From: a virus
Taxonomy: Duplodnaviria > Heunggongvirae > Uroviricota > Caudoviricetes
Length of the DNA stretch: 22,421 nt
Virus record (IMG/VR): IMGVR_UViG_3300022758_000225
Coordinates: 1-22,421 of that record
Direction: 5' to 3' (one strand)
A program made the translations under genes and the position numbers. This document shows positions 1 to 7,407 of this stretch, piece by piece. The notes beneath the pieces are model-generated. The model had not been told where the DNA came from. It made no database searches and saw nothing but the letters and a program-made list of their open reading frames with translations. Position 1 is the first letter of the stretch, and every line of letters starts with the position of its first letter.

Positions 1-73
1 TGATTATTTGCCACCCATGCCCCCCAACGTTCAAGAACCATTTGAATATCACGCATCAACTGTCTCCACAAAA

Positions 74-487
74 TCAGGCCAGCACGCCAGTTGCCAGCGC
101 ACGATCGATAAAACGAAATATCAGCTCCAGCTGGGAGCCATACTTCTCTTCAAATGCCACGATATCCGCATGCAGCTCGTCGTGATGCTTTCTGCACAGA
201 GGCAACACAAAGAGGTCATGCGCTTTTGTACCCATTCCACCCTGACCGTGGCCTATCAGGTGGTGGGGATCATCAGCAGGCTTTCCACAACATGCACACG
301 GCTGCGTCTTAACCCAGCGCGTGTACTTTTCGTTAACCCAGCGGCGACGTTTTGGGCGTAACATAAAAGACTCCGGCGACTCCGGATCCACTTTCAGCGC
401 CAGCACCTTTTTCGCTTTATTCTGGATGATGCTGGTGGCCGGAACCGAAGGAACAAGGTCACTCTCCCGGGGTGACAGACGGCACAA
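74..487 (-). CDS. HNH-like Cys/His-motif protein (DUF968-like); probably the C-terminal part of a split ydfU-like nin-region gene
   Basis: 137-aa ORF with CACCG...HH...LPLCRKHHDELH motif typical of HNH/DUF968 proteins. Track start is TTG at 487. Overlaps upstream ORF 459..1070 by 29 nt in a different frame. Confidence 0.5.
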   Translation of the reverse strand: MCRLSPRESDLVPSVPATSIIQNKAKKVLALKVDPESPESFMLRPKRRRWVNEKYTRWVKTQPCACCGKPADDPHHLIGHGQGGMGTKAHDLFVLPLCRKHHDELHADIVAFEEKYGSQLELIFRFIDRALATGVLA

Positions 488-1070
488 CAGGCTTCGGTAA
501 TCTCAGTGCCTTACGGGCTGCACTTTCAGGTAAGGCATCCGCCAGATCATTACGAACCAGCCACCAGCACAGTTCCGGCATTGTCACAACGTGACTATCA
601 TCAAAACCGAGATCCCGACGCACGACGGACAACACCCAGCGGGCACAGTTATCCGTTGCCATTGATTCCAGCCGTTCCGTGAACTGATCGCGCAGCTGGT
701 TATCGCAGTGCCAGCACAGACGGATTGCGCCCGGCGCGTGACGCATTGTGGTCATGTTCTCGCTGTGCCAGTCGGAATGAGGCCACTGGCAGCCTTTTTC
801 ACGAAGTAACCAGCTTTCAAGACATTCCACGCCACCAGCACGACGGATCACTGCCTCATTGCGGAACACGGCCCGAACGGCAGGATCATCCGCCAGCGGT
901 TGTGATGCCGCCGGAACAGCACCACTGGCGAAAGATGAATAACTTTCCGGCTCAGGCTCCAGCAGGACACGCCCCTGCATAAACAGAGGCATCAGCTCTG
1001 AACCAGGCCTGAACAATACGATCCCCATACGCGGGGCAATTTCAGGGGTCAGTAGTGCTCTCACGGTCAC
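459..1070 (-). CDS. nin-region protein, probable N-terminal part of the same ydfU-like gene
   Basis: 203-aa ORF with GTG start at 1070, directly after the KilA-N gene stop (1072-1074). Family assignment is from recall only. Confidence 0.4.
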   Translation of the reverse strand: MTVRALLTPEIAPRMGIVLFRPGSELMPLFMQGRVLLEPEPESYSSFASGAVPAASQPLADDPAVRAVFRNEAVIRRAGGVECLESWLLREKGCQWPHSDWHSENMTTMRHAPGAIRLCWHCDNQLRDQFTERLESMATDNCARWVLSVVRRDLGFDDSHVVTMPELCWWLVRNDLADALPESAARKALRLPKPVVPSVTPGE

Positions 1071-1071
1071 C

Positions 1072-1881
1072 TCAATGAACGGTATCGAGCAGCTTTAACA
1101 GCTCAGGGAATCGGGATTCGAAGAAATGCGGCTGCGTCTCGCGCGGATTTGCGGGACTAGTGATGTTCTTGCCGAACATGCAGCCTTTCGCGGTCAGCGA
1201 CCAGAATTTTTTGATGTTGTTAATCGCGGTACGGCTGTATCGTTCGCGTTGTTCAACGATCCCCAGCTTCACCATCTGGTGATATGCCTGATTAGCCGTC
1301 AGGCGGATACCATACTGTTTCAGCAGTGCACTCAGTGACAGTGTCGGGCGACTTGAGCCATCGTGTGCATCAGCAGGAGCATCAATGGCATAGCGCGGTG
1401 CCAGATTCGGTAAGCCAACAGCCTCCTGGAGTTTCTGACAGGCACCAAGCACAGATGAGTTAGACAGGTTTAACTCCCGACGCATAAAGTCCAGCAGAAT
1501 CACACCAGCCTGCATCTTGTCAGCAGCCTGTCCGGATAATTTTTCCGGTGCGCTGGTTACCATGTCGAAAGTACGGATCACCTTCAGATGGAATGACGGG
1601 CTGATCCACATTGCATAGGCATACACCAGTTCCTTGCAGACATAAGTTCCCCGTTCATTTCCCCCATGAATCACACTCACCGGGTCAACACCCAAATTCT
1701 GGGTGTTGGTCAATTCATGAACAAGTTCAACAGTTTGTTGGCTGGAAAGAAACTTTCCTGGCTCCTTGGTTCTGGCATTTGCACCAGATGCTACTGCTGC
1801 GCGATGCAGATCGTTCAGGCTGTAACGCCCATAAGCATCACGACGAACTTCAATACCATCAATGACCATCAGATTATTCAT
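1072..1881 (-). CDS. KilA-N domain protein / phage antirepressor-like
   Basis: N-terminus MNNLMVIDGIEVRRDAYGRYSLNDLHRAA is KilA-N-like. ATG at 1881 is preceded by AGGAGA; the track ORF extends to 1914. Confidence 0.7.
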   Translation of the reverse strand: MNNLMVIDGIEVRRDAYGRYSLNDLHRAAVASGANARTKEPGKFLSSQQTVELVHELTNTQNLGVDPVSVIHGGNERGTYVCKELVYAYAMWISPSFHLKVIRTFDMVTSAPEKLSGQAADKMQAGVILLDFMRRELNLSNSSVLGACQKLQEAVGLPNLAPRYAIDAPADAHDGSSRPTLSLSALLKQYGIRLTANQAYHQMVKLGIVEQRERYSRTAINNIKKFWSLTAKGCMFGKNITSPANPRETQPHFFESRFPELLKLLDTVH

Positions 1882-1900
1882 ACTTCGTTTCTCCTCTTGA

Positions 1901-2290
1901 TCAGGCGGCTGCACCCGCCGTTTTCTCGTACTTACTGATGGTGATCTCGACCTTCCCTTTCGGGATAACCGGTCCCCACTCCACCAGCATTCTTTTCACC
2001 TGTCTGTCGTCTTCCCACACACCCGCGTGGGTCAACGCGTCAAACAGCGCCTTGTTATAGTTGTCCAGATCGCGGATCCGGTTATCCGGAGGAAACAACA
2101 CGATCTCCACTGAAGCAGGTGCCGACGTTGGTTTTGGCAGACGACGTAACTGCTCAACTATTGCTGCGCACGCCGCGCTCTGAAATTTTCGCCCCGCCGC
2201 GCTTATCAGGCTCTTACCAGCAAATGCCCCTTTGTTGGGGTGTCGCCAGTACGTGTTCACGCTGGGCGGGAAAGGCAGGATCAGCTTCAT
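1901..2290 (-). CDS. rusA: Holliday-junction resolvase RusA
   Basis: 129 aa with PPSVNTYWRH, DLDNYNKALFDAL and GVWEDDRQV motifs matching E. coli RusA. Start overlaps the upstream stop as ATGA. Confidence 0.85.
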   Translation of the reverse strand: MKLILPFPPSVNTYWRHPNKGAFAGKSLISAAGRKFQSAACAAIVEQLRRLPKPTSAPASVEIVLFPPDNRIRDLDNYNKALFDALTHAGVWEDDRQVKRMLVEWGPVIPKGKVEITISKYEKTAGAAA

Positions 2291-2613
2291 ACTTTCAGGC
2301 CTCTCTCATGTAACCAGTGGGTTGCACGCAGCCTGGCGTTTTCCTCACCGGCAAGCAGTGAGCGGATAATCCCGACCGCCTCGCTGTCGTCGTCCTTCAC
2401 CGCGGTATGAAGAGTGATACCCCGGGCCACGCCACGCTTTATCGTGATGACGCCTTTTTTCTCCAGTGCGCGAAGATGTTCCACCGCTGCATTCACTGAA
2501 CGGTATCCCAGCATGGTTGCCACCTCCTGATTGGTTGGCGGGAAGCCACGTTCTTTCTGGTAAGAAATCAGCATATCCAGCACCTGCTGCTGGCATTGAG
2601 TTAACGTCGTCAT
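2287..2613 (-). CDS. LexA N-terminal DNA-binding-domain protein lacking the S24 peptidase domain
   Basis: 108 aa; QQQVLDML...GFPPTNQEVATMLGYRSVNAAVEHLRALEKKGVI aligns by eye with the LexA winged-HTH domain. No Ala-Gly cleavage site or Ser/Lys dyad. ATGA overlaps at both ends. Confidence 0.7.
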   Translation of the reverse strand: MTTLTQCQQQVLDMLISYQKERGFPPTNQEVATMLGYRSVNAAVEHLRALEKKGVITIKRGVARGITLHTAVKDDDSEAVGIIRSLLAGEENARLRATHWLHERGLKV

Positions 2614-3263
2614 GCCGCCATCTCCCTGACCAGTTTTTCCGCCTGCTGGCGAACCTGCGCCAGAAACGCCTCACCACATGCCTCAAGTTCATCGCGCCCG
2701 ATGTAGCTGATTGCCGGTCCCTTCCAGGTCTTGTCGAAAACAGCAATAGCACCAGCGAAGAAAGCGCCTGTCGGCACCTGCTTCTCGTCCTTCGGTATAA
2801 ACCAGGCAGGCAGTTCAAAACCAATACGCCCGCGAATAAAAGCAATATGATCTGCATCTTCCGGCCACCACACTTCGCTGGTGGCCGCTTTGATCAGGAA
2901 AACATAGCGCCCGCCCTTATCACGCATGGCACTGGCATGTTTCATGATGTAACGCATGCCGGTGATGTATTGCCCCTCATGCTGACTGGCGCGGCTGTAT
3001 GGGGGATTACCAAAGGCAGCACCTTTAAGCTCCGCAAGACGTTCTGACCAGTCATGCGCCAGCGCGTTATCTTCCGCCGTGTAATACGCGGCACATTTGG
3101 CGTTATCACCGTCAGTAAACAGATCCAGAACAAACGGGCCAAACAGAGTGTTAATTCCCCAGAAAATGTTGTCCGGCGTGCGCCACTGATCGCCCACTTC
3201 CTTCAGTTCATGGGCTGGTTTGTTCCGCAGTTCCACCAGTGCCTGACAATATTTATTACTCAT
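2610..3263 (-). CDS. phage N6-adenine DNA methyltransferase (Dam-like orphan methylase)
   Basis: Contains the NPPY motif (FGNPPYS) and a DLFTDGDN region typical of phage N6-adenine methyltransferases. Preferred start is ATG at 3263, overlapping the upstream stop as TAATG; the track gives a GTG at 3296. Confidence 0.8.
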   Translation of the reverse strand: MSNKYCQALVELRNKPAHELKEVGDQWRTPDNIFWGINTLFGPFVLDLFTDGDNAKCAAYYTAEDNALAHDWSERLAELKGAAFGNPPYSRASQHEGQYITGMRYIMKHASAMRDKGGRYVFLIKAATSEVWWPEDADHIAFIRGRIGFELPAWFIPKDEKQVPTGAFFAGAIAVFDKTWKGPAISYIGRDELEACGEAFLAQVRQQAEKLVREMAA

Positions 3264-3745
3264 TAAGCCCCCACGTAATTCCCTGACAGATACCACTCTT
3301 CACCCGATGCTGCGCGCTTGCTGCTTTTCTGTAAGCACTGCTCACGACGCGCCAGAAAATTGTTTCGTTCTGGCTGGGAGTGGCTTTCACGGAATGCCGC
3401 CATCCACACCGTTGCAGCACGACGGTATAAGCCCCTGGACTCCAGTTCTTCAGCCTGGCGAATCACCCGGGGATCGTTAGTGCCGACATAGAAATTGCGC
3501 ACAGGTCTGGTTTCACGAACTGGTTGTGGTTCCGGCTCCTGCGCTCTCTCAGTCAGGCGCGGGAAATGTCTGCGTGTATCTCCTTCACAACGGTGAGCCA
3601 CACGCCCACTCTGACGTAACTTGCTTGCTGACTGCAGAACGCGCTGTCGTGAGTAACCTGCAAAAGCATCCGCAATGTCTCCGAAAGTACACCCCGGATG
3701 GGCTTCAATGAATTTCTGAACTTCATTCAAAAGACTCATGATCAC
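3263..3745 (-). CDS. putative DNA-binding regulator with PerC-like C-terminal region
   Basis: 160-aa ORF in an operon of overlapping genes. The segment RVIRQAEELESRGLYRRAATVWMAAF resembles PerC-family proteins, from recall only. Confidence 0.4.
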   Translation of the reverse strand: MIMSLLNEVQKFIEAHPGCTFGDIADAFAGYSRQRVLQSASKLRQSGRVAHRCEGDTRRHFPRLTERAQEPEPQPVRETRPVRNFYVGTNDPRVIRQAEELESRGLYRRAATVWMAAFRESHSQPERNNFLARREQCLQKSSKRAASGEEWYLSGNYVGA

Positions 3746-4332
3746 CCCCTGAATCCTACCGGGATCTGGCTGTAGTCCACGTTGTCGTAACTGGCTTTGA
3801 AGTACGGGTCTTCACGTTTTTCTGTGTGCGTGCTGACGGACGGCGATAAGCGCAGGGAAAGCTCATCCCATTTTTCCCTCAACTTCGACGGGCTGAGCAC
3901 GTTACGGTACCAGAACGGATCGCGGCTGACGCGGCTGTACATCTCGCAGATTTGTTTGTGAGTACGACCATCCTGCACACACATCAGGCGAATTTCGTTT
4001 GCCCATGCTGTCCAGTTCGGTTCTTTGGGACGAACCACCTCGCCGTCACATTCGGCGGCCTGCTCGTACAGGGCGATGATTTTTTTCCAGAGCCACTGTG
4101 CGCAGGTCAAATCATCCTGCGTTCCCCACTGGCGCTTTTTAGGGCTGAATACAACCGCATCAGGATGGCGAGTTAAAAACTCCTGTTCAGCCGTTTGCGT
4201 GTCCGGTTGCGAAGCGTCCGGACGAGAAGAGGTTTTATTCTCTGTAGTAATCTCTGTTGTATTCTCTGTAAGATCATTGGGCCATTTTGACCCGATGACA
4301 GCGTGTCGTTTTGAACCAATGGATCGTGTCAT
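3742..4332 (-). CDS. replication protein, C-terminal part (O-like linker plus C-terminal domain)
   Basis: 196 aa. N-terminus is low-complexity (TENTTEITTENKTSS) and is encoded by the iteron region. ATG overlaps the stop of the replisome-organizer ORF as ATGA. Function inferred from position and iteron linkage. Confidence 0.5.
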   Translation of the reverse strand: MTRSIGSKRHAVIGSKWPNDLTENTTEITTENKTSSRPDASQPDTQTAEQEFLTRHPDAVVFSPKKRQWGTQDDLTCAQWLWKKIIALYEQAAECDGEVVRPKEPNWTAWANEIRLMCVQDGRTHKQICEMYSRVSRDPFWYRNVLSPSKLREKWDELSLRLSPSVSTHTEKREDPYFKASYDNVDYSQIPVGFRG

Positions 4333-4408
4333 TTGCGCCCATCCATCAGGTCACTTTGACCCGATGGAGAAGTGCATTTTGACCTGATGGATTCGTTCAC
4401 TTTGACCT
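4285..4408. repeat. origin-of-replication iterons (about 5 direct copies of TTTGAC(C/A)YGATGG plus one inverted copy)
   Basis: Direct copies at 4285-4298, 4309-4322, 4355-4367, 4377-4390 and a partial copy at 4400-4408. An inverted copy (ccatcaggtca) lies at 4343-4353. Spacing is 22-24 bp. They sit inside the replication gene, as ori-lambda does inside O. Confidence 0.6.
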
Positions 4409-4733
4409 CTTCTAAAAGCTCACTTTCATAGTTGATCGTGTAGAAGTTGGTCATGTCACGCTTCGATTTATTGAGTTGCTCGCGACGCAAAACCCCAAGT
4501 GATTTCAGGCTTGCAAATGTGCGTTTCAGAGTGGACTCTGACCAGAACGGAAACTGCTCCAGCCACTGTTCTGTCGTGTTATAAACCCAGCGAATTCCGC
4601 CATGCTCAGTGCCTGAATTCGTTTCATTCAGCCAGTAATGAAGCTGCTGCAACACAATTGCCTCATTCAGACCAATACGGCATGCAAGATCACGATTTAT
4701 CACAATGGGCTGGGATGTCATTAACAGGCTCAT
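4329..4733 (-). CDS. phage replisome organizer, N-terminal iteron-binding domain (lambda O-like)
   Basis: 134 aa; the N-terminus [39 protein letters not shown] resembles replisome-organizer N-terminal domains. Its 3' end is encoded by the iterons. Confidence 0.6.
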   Translation of the reverse strand: MSLLMTSQPIVINRDLACRIGLNEAIVLQQLHYWLNETNSGTEHGGIRWVYNTTEQWLEQFPFWSESTLKRTFASLKSLGVLRREQLNKSKRDMTNFYTINYESELLEEVKVNESIRSKCTSPSGQSDLMDGRK

Positions 4734-4902
4734 GACCGACCTCTATTTCCCTGAATTTACGACGAAACTGTTCGAGCGGACTGAAGCATTCATGTTCATA
4801 GCCTTCACGGAGGTAGATAACCCGTTGTGTTTCCGGCTCCCAACGAATGACTCTGACGGGCACTCCGTAGTGATCTTTGAACCAGCGGTTAACTTGTCGC
4901 AA
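4690..4902 (-). CDS. small phage protein (DUF4222-like)
   Basis: 70-aa ORF with TTG start at 4902 preceded by a strong SD (AAGGAGA at 4906-4913 on the minus strand). Motif [12 protein letters not shown]. Its 3' end overlaps the replication gene start by 44 nt. Confidence 0.45.
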   Translation of the reverse strand: MRQVNRWFKDHYGVPVRVIRWEPETQRVIYLREGYEHECFSPLEQFRRKFREIEVGHEPVNDIPAHCDKS

Positions 4903-5081
4903 AGGACTGTCTCCTTCTGCCGGTTGAAATCACCCACAGCCCACTCTGCAAAGCTGTGGGTTACAATTTCCCTGTCACCTGGTACATTCACTGCATAGCA
5001 ATACTCCACCTTCGCTTTTCCACCCGGTACAGGAAGCGCAATCAGTTGCGAGCGACGGTAGTGTGTTGTTAAACTGTTCAT
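4743..5081 (-). CDS. hypothetical protein (gene model uncertain)
   Basis: ATG at 5081 with GGAG about 10 nt upstream. The 3' two-thirds overlaps the DUF4222-like gene in another frame and looks low-complexity, so the true product is probably shorter. Confidence 0.2.
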   Translation of the reverse strand: MNSLTTHYRRSQLIALPVPGGKAKVEYCYAVNVPGDREIVTHSFAEWAVGDFNRQKETVLCDKLTAGSKITTECPSESFVGSRKHNGLSTSVKAMNMNASVRSNSFVVNSGK

Positions 5082-5147
5082 GCGTTAGTTTCTCCACAAC
5101 CAGAAGCAATCGACGCCACGACGCCCGGAGCTGCACACTCGCGGGCG

Positions 5148-5636
5148 TCACTCTTTTCTGGAGCGCAAAAGATTTTGTAGACCAGTGCTGCATGCTCCTG
5201 GAGCTTCGCAAATTGACAGATACAACTCATCATTAATTGCTGTCTGCTCGTGTGGCTCCACTACCCCATCTTCGATTGCCGAACGAATCTGCTTTGAGTA
5301 ACTCCCGATCTGTTCGATGACTTCCAGCAGGCGCTGGTTTATATCGGCGTTCTCTACTTCCTCAATTTCAGGAAGCGATACAAACACCCCACCAGCAGAC
5401 TGTGCGACAGCATCCGCAATGTAGTGAGTGCCAGCCGCGCGCTGTAAAATCATTGCCCATCCCAGCGGGAAAATCTGATCGCCATCTGCACGAAGGCGGT
5501 TGAATAAAGCGTTCTCTGTTACATCCAGCCACTCAGCAGCTTCAGCGTAACCCCCCGGCAACGCCGCGATAGTTTTTCTGACAGCTTTCACGTACCACTC
5601 AGGCTGTTTTTCCACTTTCCAGTGATGATTACCCAC
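5148..5636 (-). CDS. CII-like regulatory protein (CP76 / YdaT-like family)
   Basis: 162 aa with GTG start preceded by AGGAGG. Lies immediately downstream of the cro-like gene, opposite the repressor. Family assignment is from recall only. Confidence 0.5.
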   Translation of the reverse strand: MGNHHWKVEKQPEWYVKAVRKTIAALPGGYAEAAEWLDVTENALFNRLRADGDQIFPLGWAMILQRAAGTHYIADAVAQSAGGVFVSLPEIEEVENADINQRLLEVIEQIGSYSKQIRSAIEDGVVEPHEQTAINDELYLSICEAPGACSTGLQNLLRSRKE

Positions 5637-5732
5637 GGCTTACCTCCTGTTCCTGTGGTTTAAAACCCATTCTGGTTTTGGCTAGATTGAAAACGTGCCG
5701 GATAAAGAATCTGCATTTCGCTGATTTCACCC

Positions 5733-5921
5733 TTAAAAAAATTGGCCAGACGTTCTGCAAGATCGATAGATGGAATTTGTTCCAGTCTTTTCAATACGAC
5801 TCAGCGTCGCTGGATTGACCTGAACGCCAGCAGCAACATGCTGCAAAGTAAATCCGTGCGCCTTACGCACATTTCCGTAATGGTGATTGCATATTACCTC
5901 CACATATTGCGTGATGAGCAT
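5733..5921 (-). CDS. Cro-like HTH (XRE-family) regulator
   Basis: HTH signature LQHVAAGVQVNPATLSRIEKTG. Divergent from the repressor gene. Internal ATG at 5921 chosen because the track's TTG at 6017 would overlap the cI start; no obvious SD, so possibly leaderless. Confidence 0.45.
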   Translation of the reverse strand: MLITQYVEVICNHHYGNVRKAHGFTLQHVAAGVQVNPATLSRIEKTGTNSIYRSCRTSGQFF

Positions 5922-5970
5922 ATTATTTTCACGCAAATATTTTGCGCAAGTTGATTTGCTTAACGCGCAA
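5907..5970. promoter_or_regulatory. OR-like operator cluster and divergent promoters between the cro-like and cI-like genes
   Basis: Three 15-bp palindromic sites centred about 24 bp apart: TTGCgtgatgaGCAt (5907-5921), cGCAAatattTTGCg (5932-5946), TTGCttaacgcGCAA (5956-5970). TTGATT at 5951-5956 and TAATAA at 5982-5987 are candidate promoter hexamers. Confidence 0.5.
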
Positions 5971-5990
5971 TAAAGAAATGTAATAAACGC

Positions 5991-6684
5991 ATGAACATAG
6001 GAAACCGAGTCAGACAACTTCGCCAGGCGAAGAACATGAAAATCGCCGATCTCGCTGAAGCAATAGGAGTGGATGCGGCGAATATCTCACGCCTGGAAAC
6101 AGGTAAGCAGAAACAATTCACTGAACAAGCCCTGAGTAATATTGCCAGGAGCTTAGGTGTTGATATTGCTGATCTCTTTACCTCAGACGTCAAAAGTAAT
6201 ACTGTATGTAAAAACAGTATTAGTGAGGATGTTGCGCAGGTGAAGGATGTATTCCGTATTGAAATGCTGGATGTCAGTGCCAGTGCGGGAAATGGCCTTA
6301 TCCAGGGCGGTGATGTCATTGATGTGATTCATGCCATTGAATACAGAACTGATAATGCTGTATCGATGTTTTGGCGGACGGCCAGCCAATCACATTAAAG
6401 TTATCAACGTTCGTGGGGACAGTATGTGTCCAACCATTGAGCCAGGAGATCTCATCTTCGTTGATGTCAGTATCAATCAGTTTGATGGAGATGGTATCTA
6501 TGTATTTGGTTTTGATGATAAAATTTATGTCAAGCGACTGCAAATGATACCTGACAAACTACTGGTGATTTCTGATAACCAGATTTACCGTGAATGGGGA
6601 ATTACCAGCGAAAATGAACACCGGTTTATGGTCTTTGGAAAGGTCTTAATCAGCCAGTCACAAACCCTTAAGCGACACAATTAA
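5991..6684 (+). pseudogene. cI-like prophage repressor (XRE HTH plus S24 LexA-like peptidase domain) interrupted by a frameshift
   Basis: ORF 5991..6398 carries the HTH (IADLAEAIGVDAANISRLETGKQ) and an Ala-Gly site (SASAGNG). ORF 6331..6684 in the +1 frame carries the S24 motifs GDSMCPTIEPGD and KRL. Removing one T from the T4 run at 6369-6372 joins them as ...NAVSMFGGRPANHIKV.... Confidence 0.7.
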
Positions 6685-6704
6685 CCCTTACCTCCTCATC
6701 AATT

Positions 6705-6726
6705 AGCCACCCAAAGGTGGCTTTTC
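6705..6726 (+). terminator. intrinsic terminator downstream of the cI-like gene
   Basis: Stem agccacc / ggtggct with loop caaa, followed by TTTT, about 20 nt after the cI stop at 6682-6684. Confidence 0.5.
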
Positions 6727-6739
6727 ATTACCCTTTAAA

Positions 6740-6792
6740 TTGCATATCTCGCAACAAAAACACTTGCATAATGCGCAACTTCATTTTATCTT
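6740..6792 (+). promoter_or_regulatory. OL-like operators with candidate PL promoter
   Basis: Two TTGC-N7-GCAA sites (6740-6754 and 6764-6778), 24 bp centre to centre, the same motif as the OR sites. TTGCAT at 6764-6769, a 17-bp spacer and TATCTT at 6787-6792 form a candidate rightward promoter. Confidence 0.4.
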
Positions 6793-7222
6793 TCTTTCCA
6801 GACAAACAAACAAGGTACTAACAAAATTTGGTTGTAACACGGCGTATGGCACATGCGTCGTTAGCGGTCTGGGGACGTTAAAGGGGACAATCCACTCCTT
6901 GCTCGGGCAAACAAACCAGGTAGCCGGAATGTGCAAGTCAATGATGATGCTGATAAGACGCCTAACCAGCGTGGCGGTTCGGTTTGACACCTGGGAAGAG
7001 ACCAGGGTGCAACGATGAGGGCATTTATGGAACCGCGACAAAGTGTGGTGCCGTAACTGGCTAAGTGCTCTCAGCGTTGTGGTGAATGCGCAGGCTGATG
7101 CGCGAAAGACATTGCAGCTATTGCGGAAAAGAGCTGTTCGGCGGGGCAATTAAACGCCCGTGAGAGTCTGAAATAACCGCAAGCCGGAGATCAGCACCGG
7201 TCACCACAACAGCCACTGCTTT

Positions 7223-7270
7223 AGCGGTACCAGTTTGTACACTTGCTTCCGGCTGGTACCGCTCTTTTTT
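7223..7270 (+). terminator. intrinsic terminator in the early-left leader (tL-like)
   Basis: Perfect 11-bp stem agcggtaccag (7223-7233) / ctggtaccgct (7253-7263) with a 19-nt loop, followed by T6 at 7265-7270. Confidence 0.5.
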
Positions 7271-7407
7271 ACAAAACAGAGAAGAGCATCACCGGACGAC
7301 GGGCTCATAACCCAATCCATCCGGGCGGCTGCCACCGCAGGTGTTCTTCTCTGTTTTGTGGAGAAACCAACCGACCTTGCAGGGTCGATATGATGAGGAG
7401 CAGCAAA

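Noticed and set aside
8-361. 117-aa plus-strand ORF
   Set aside because: Lies entirely antisense to the better-supported minus-strand gene 74..487, with no RBS or recognisable motif; treated as a frame shadow.
2345-3296. Overlapping ORFs 2345..2857, 2466..3047, 2942..3142 and 3054..3266
   Set aside because: All overlap the methyltransferase or LexA-like genes in other frames and lack motifs or start-site context.
6740-7149. ORFs 6740..7018 (+) and 6781..7149 (-) in the early-left leader
   Set aside because: One starts at a TTG inside the operator, neither has an RBS, and the translations look non-protein-like; the region is interpreted as non-coding. A specific ncRNA identity (tmRNA, RNase P, retron) was considered but no hallmark motifs or partner genes were seen.
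6793-7407. Search for an N-like antiterminator gene with nut sites after the PL-like promoter
   Set aside because: No Arg-rich ORF with a start-site context exists in this interval and the first gene (7408..7770) does not resemble N; only a boxA-like GCTCTTTTTTACAA string was found, so an N/nut system is not claimed.
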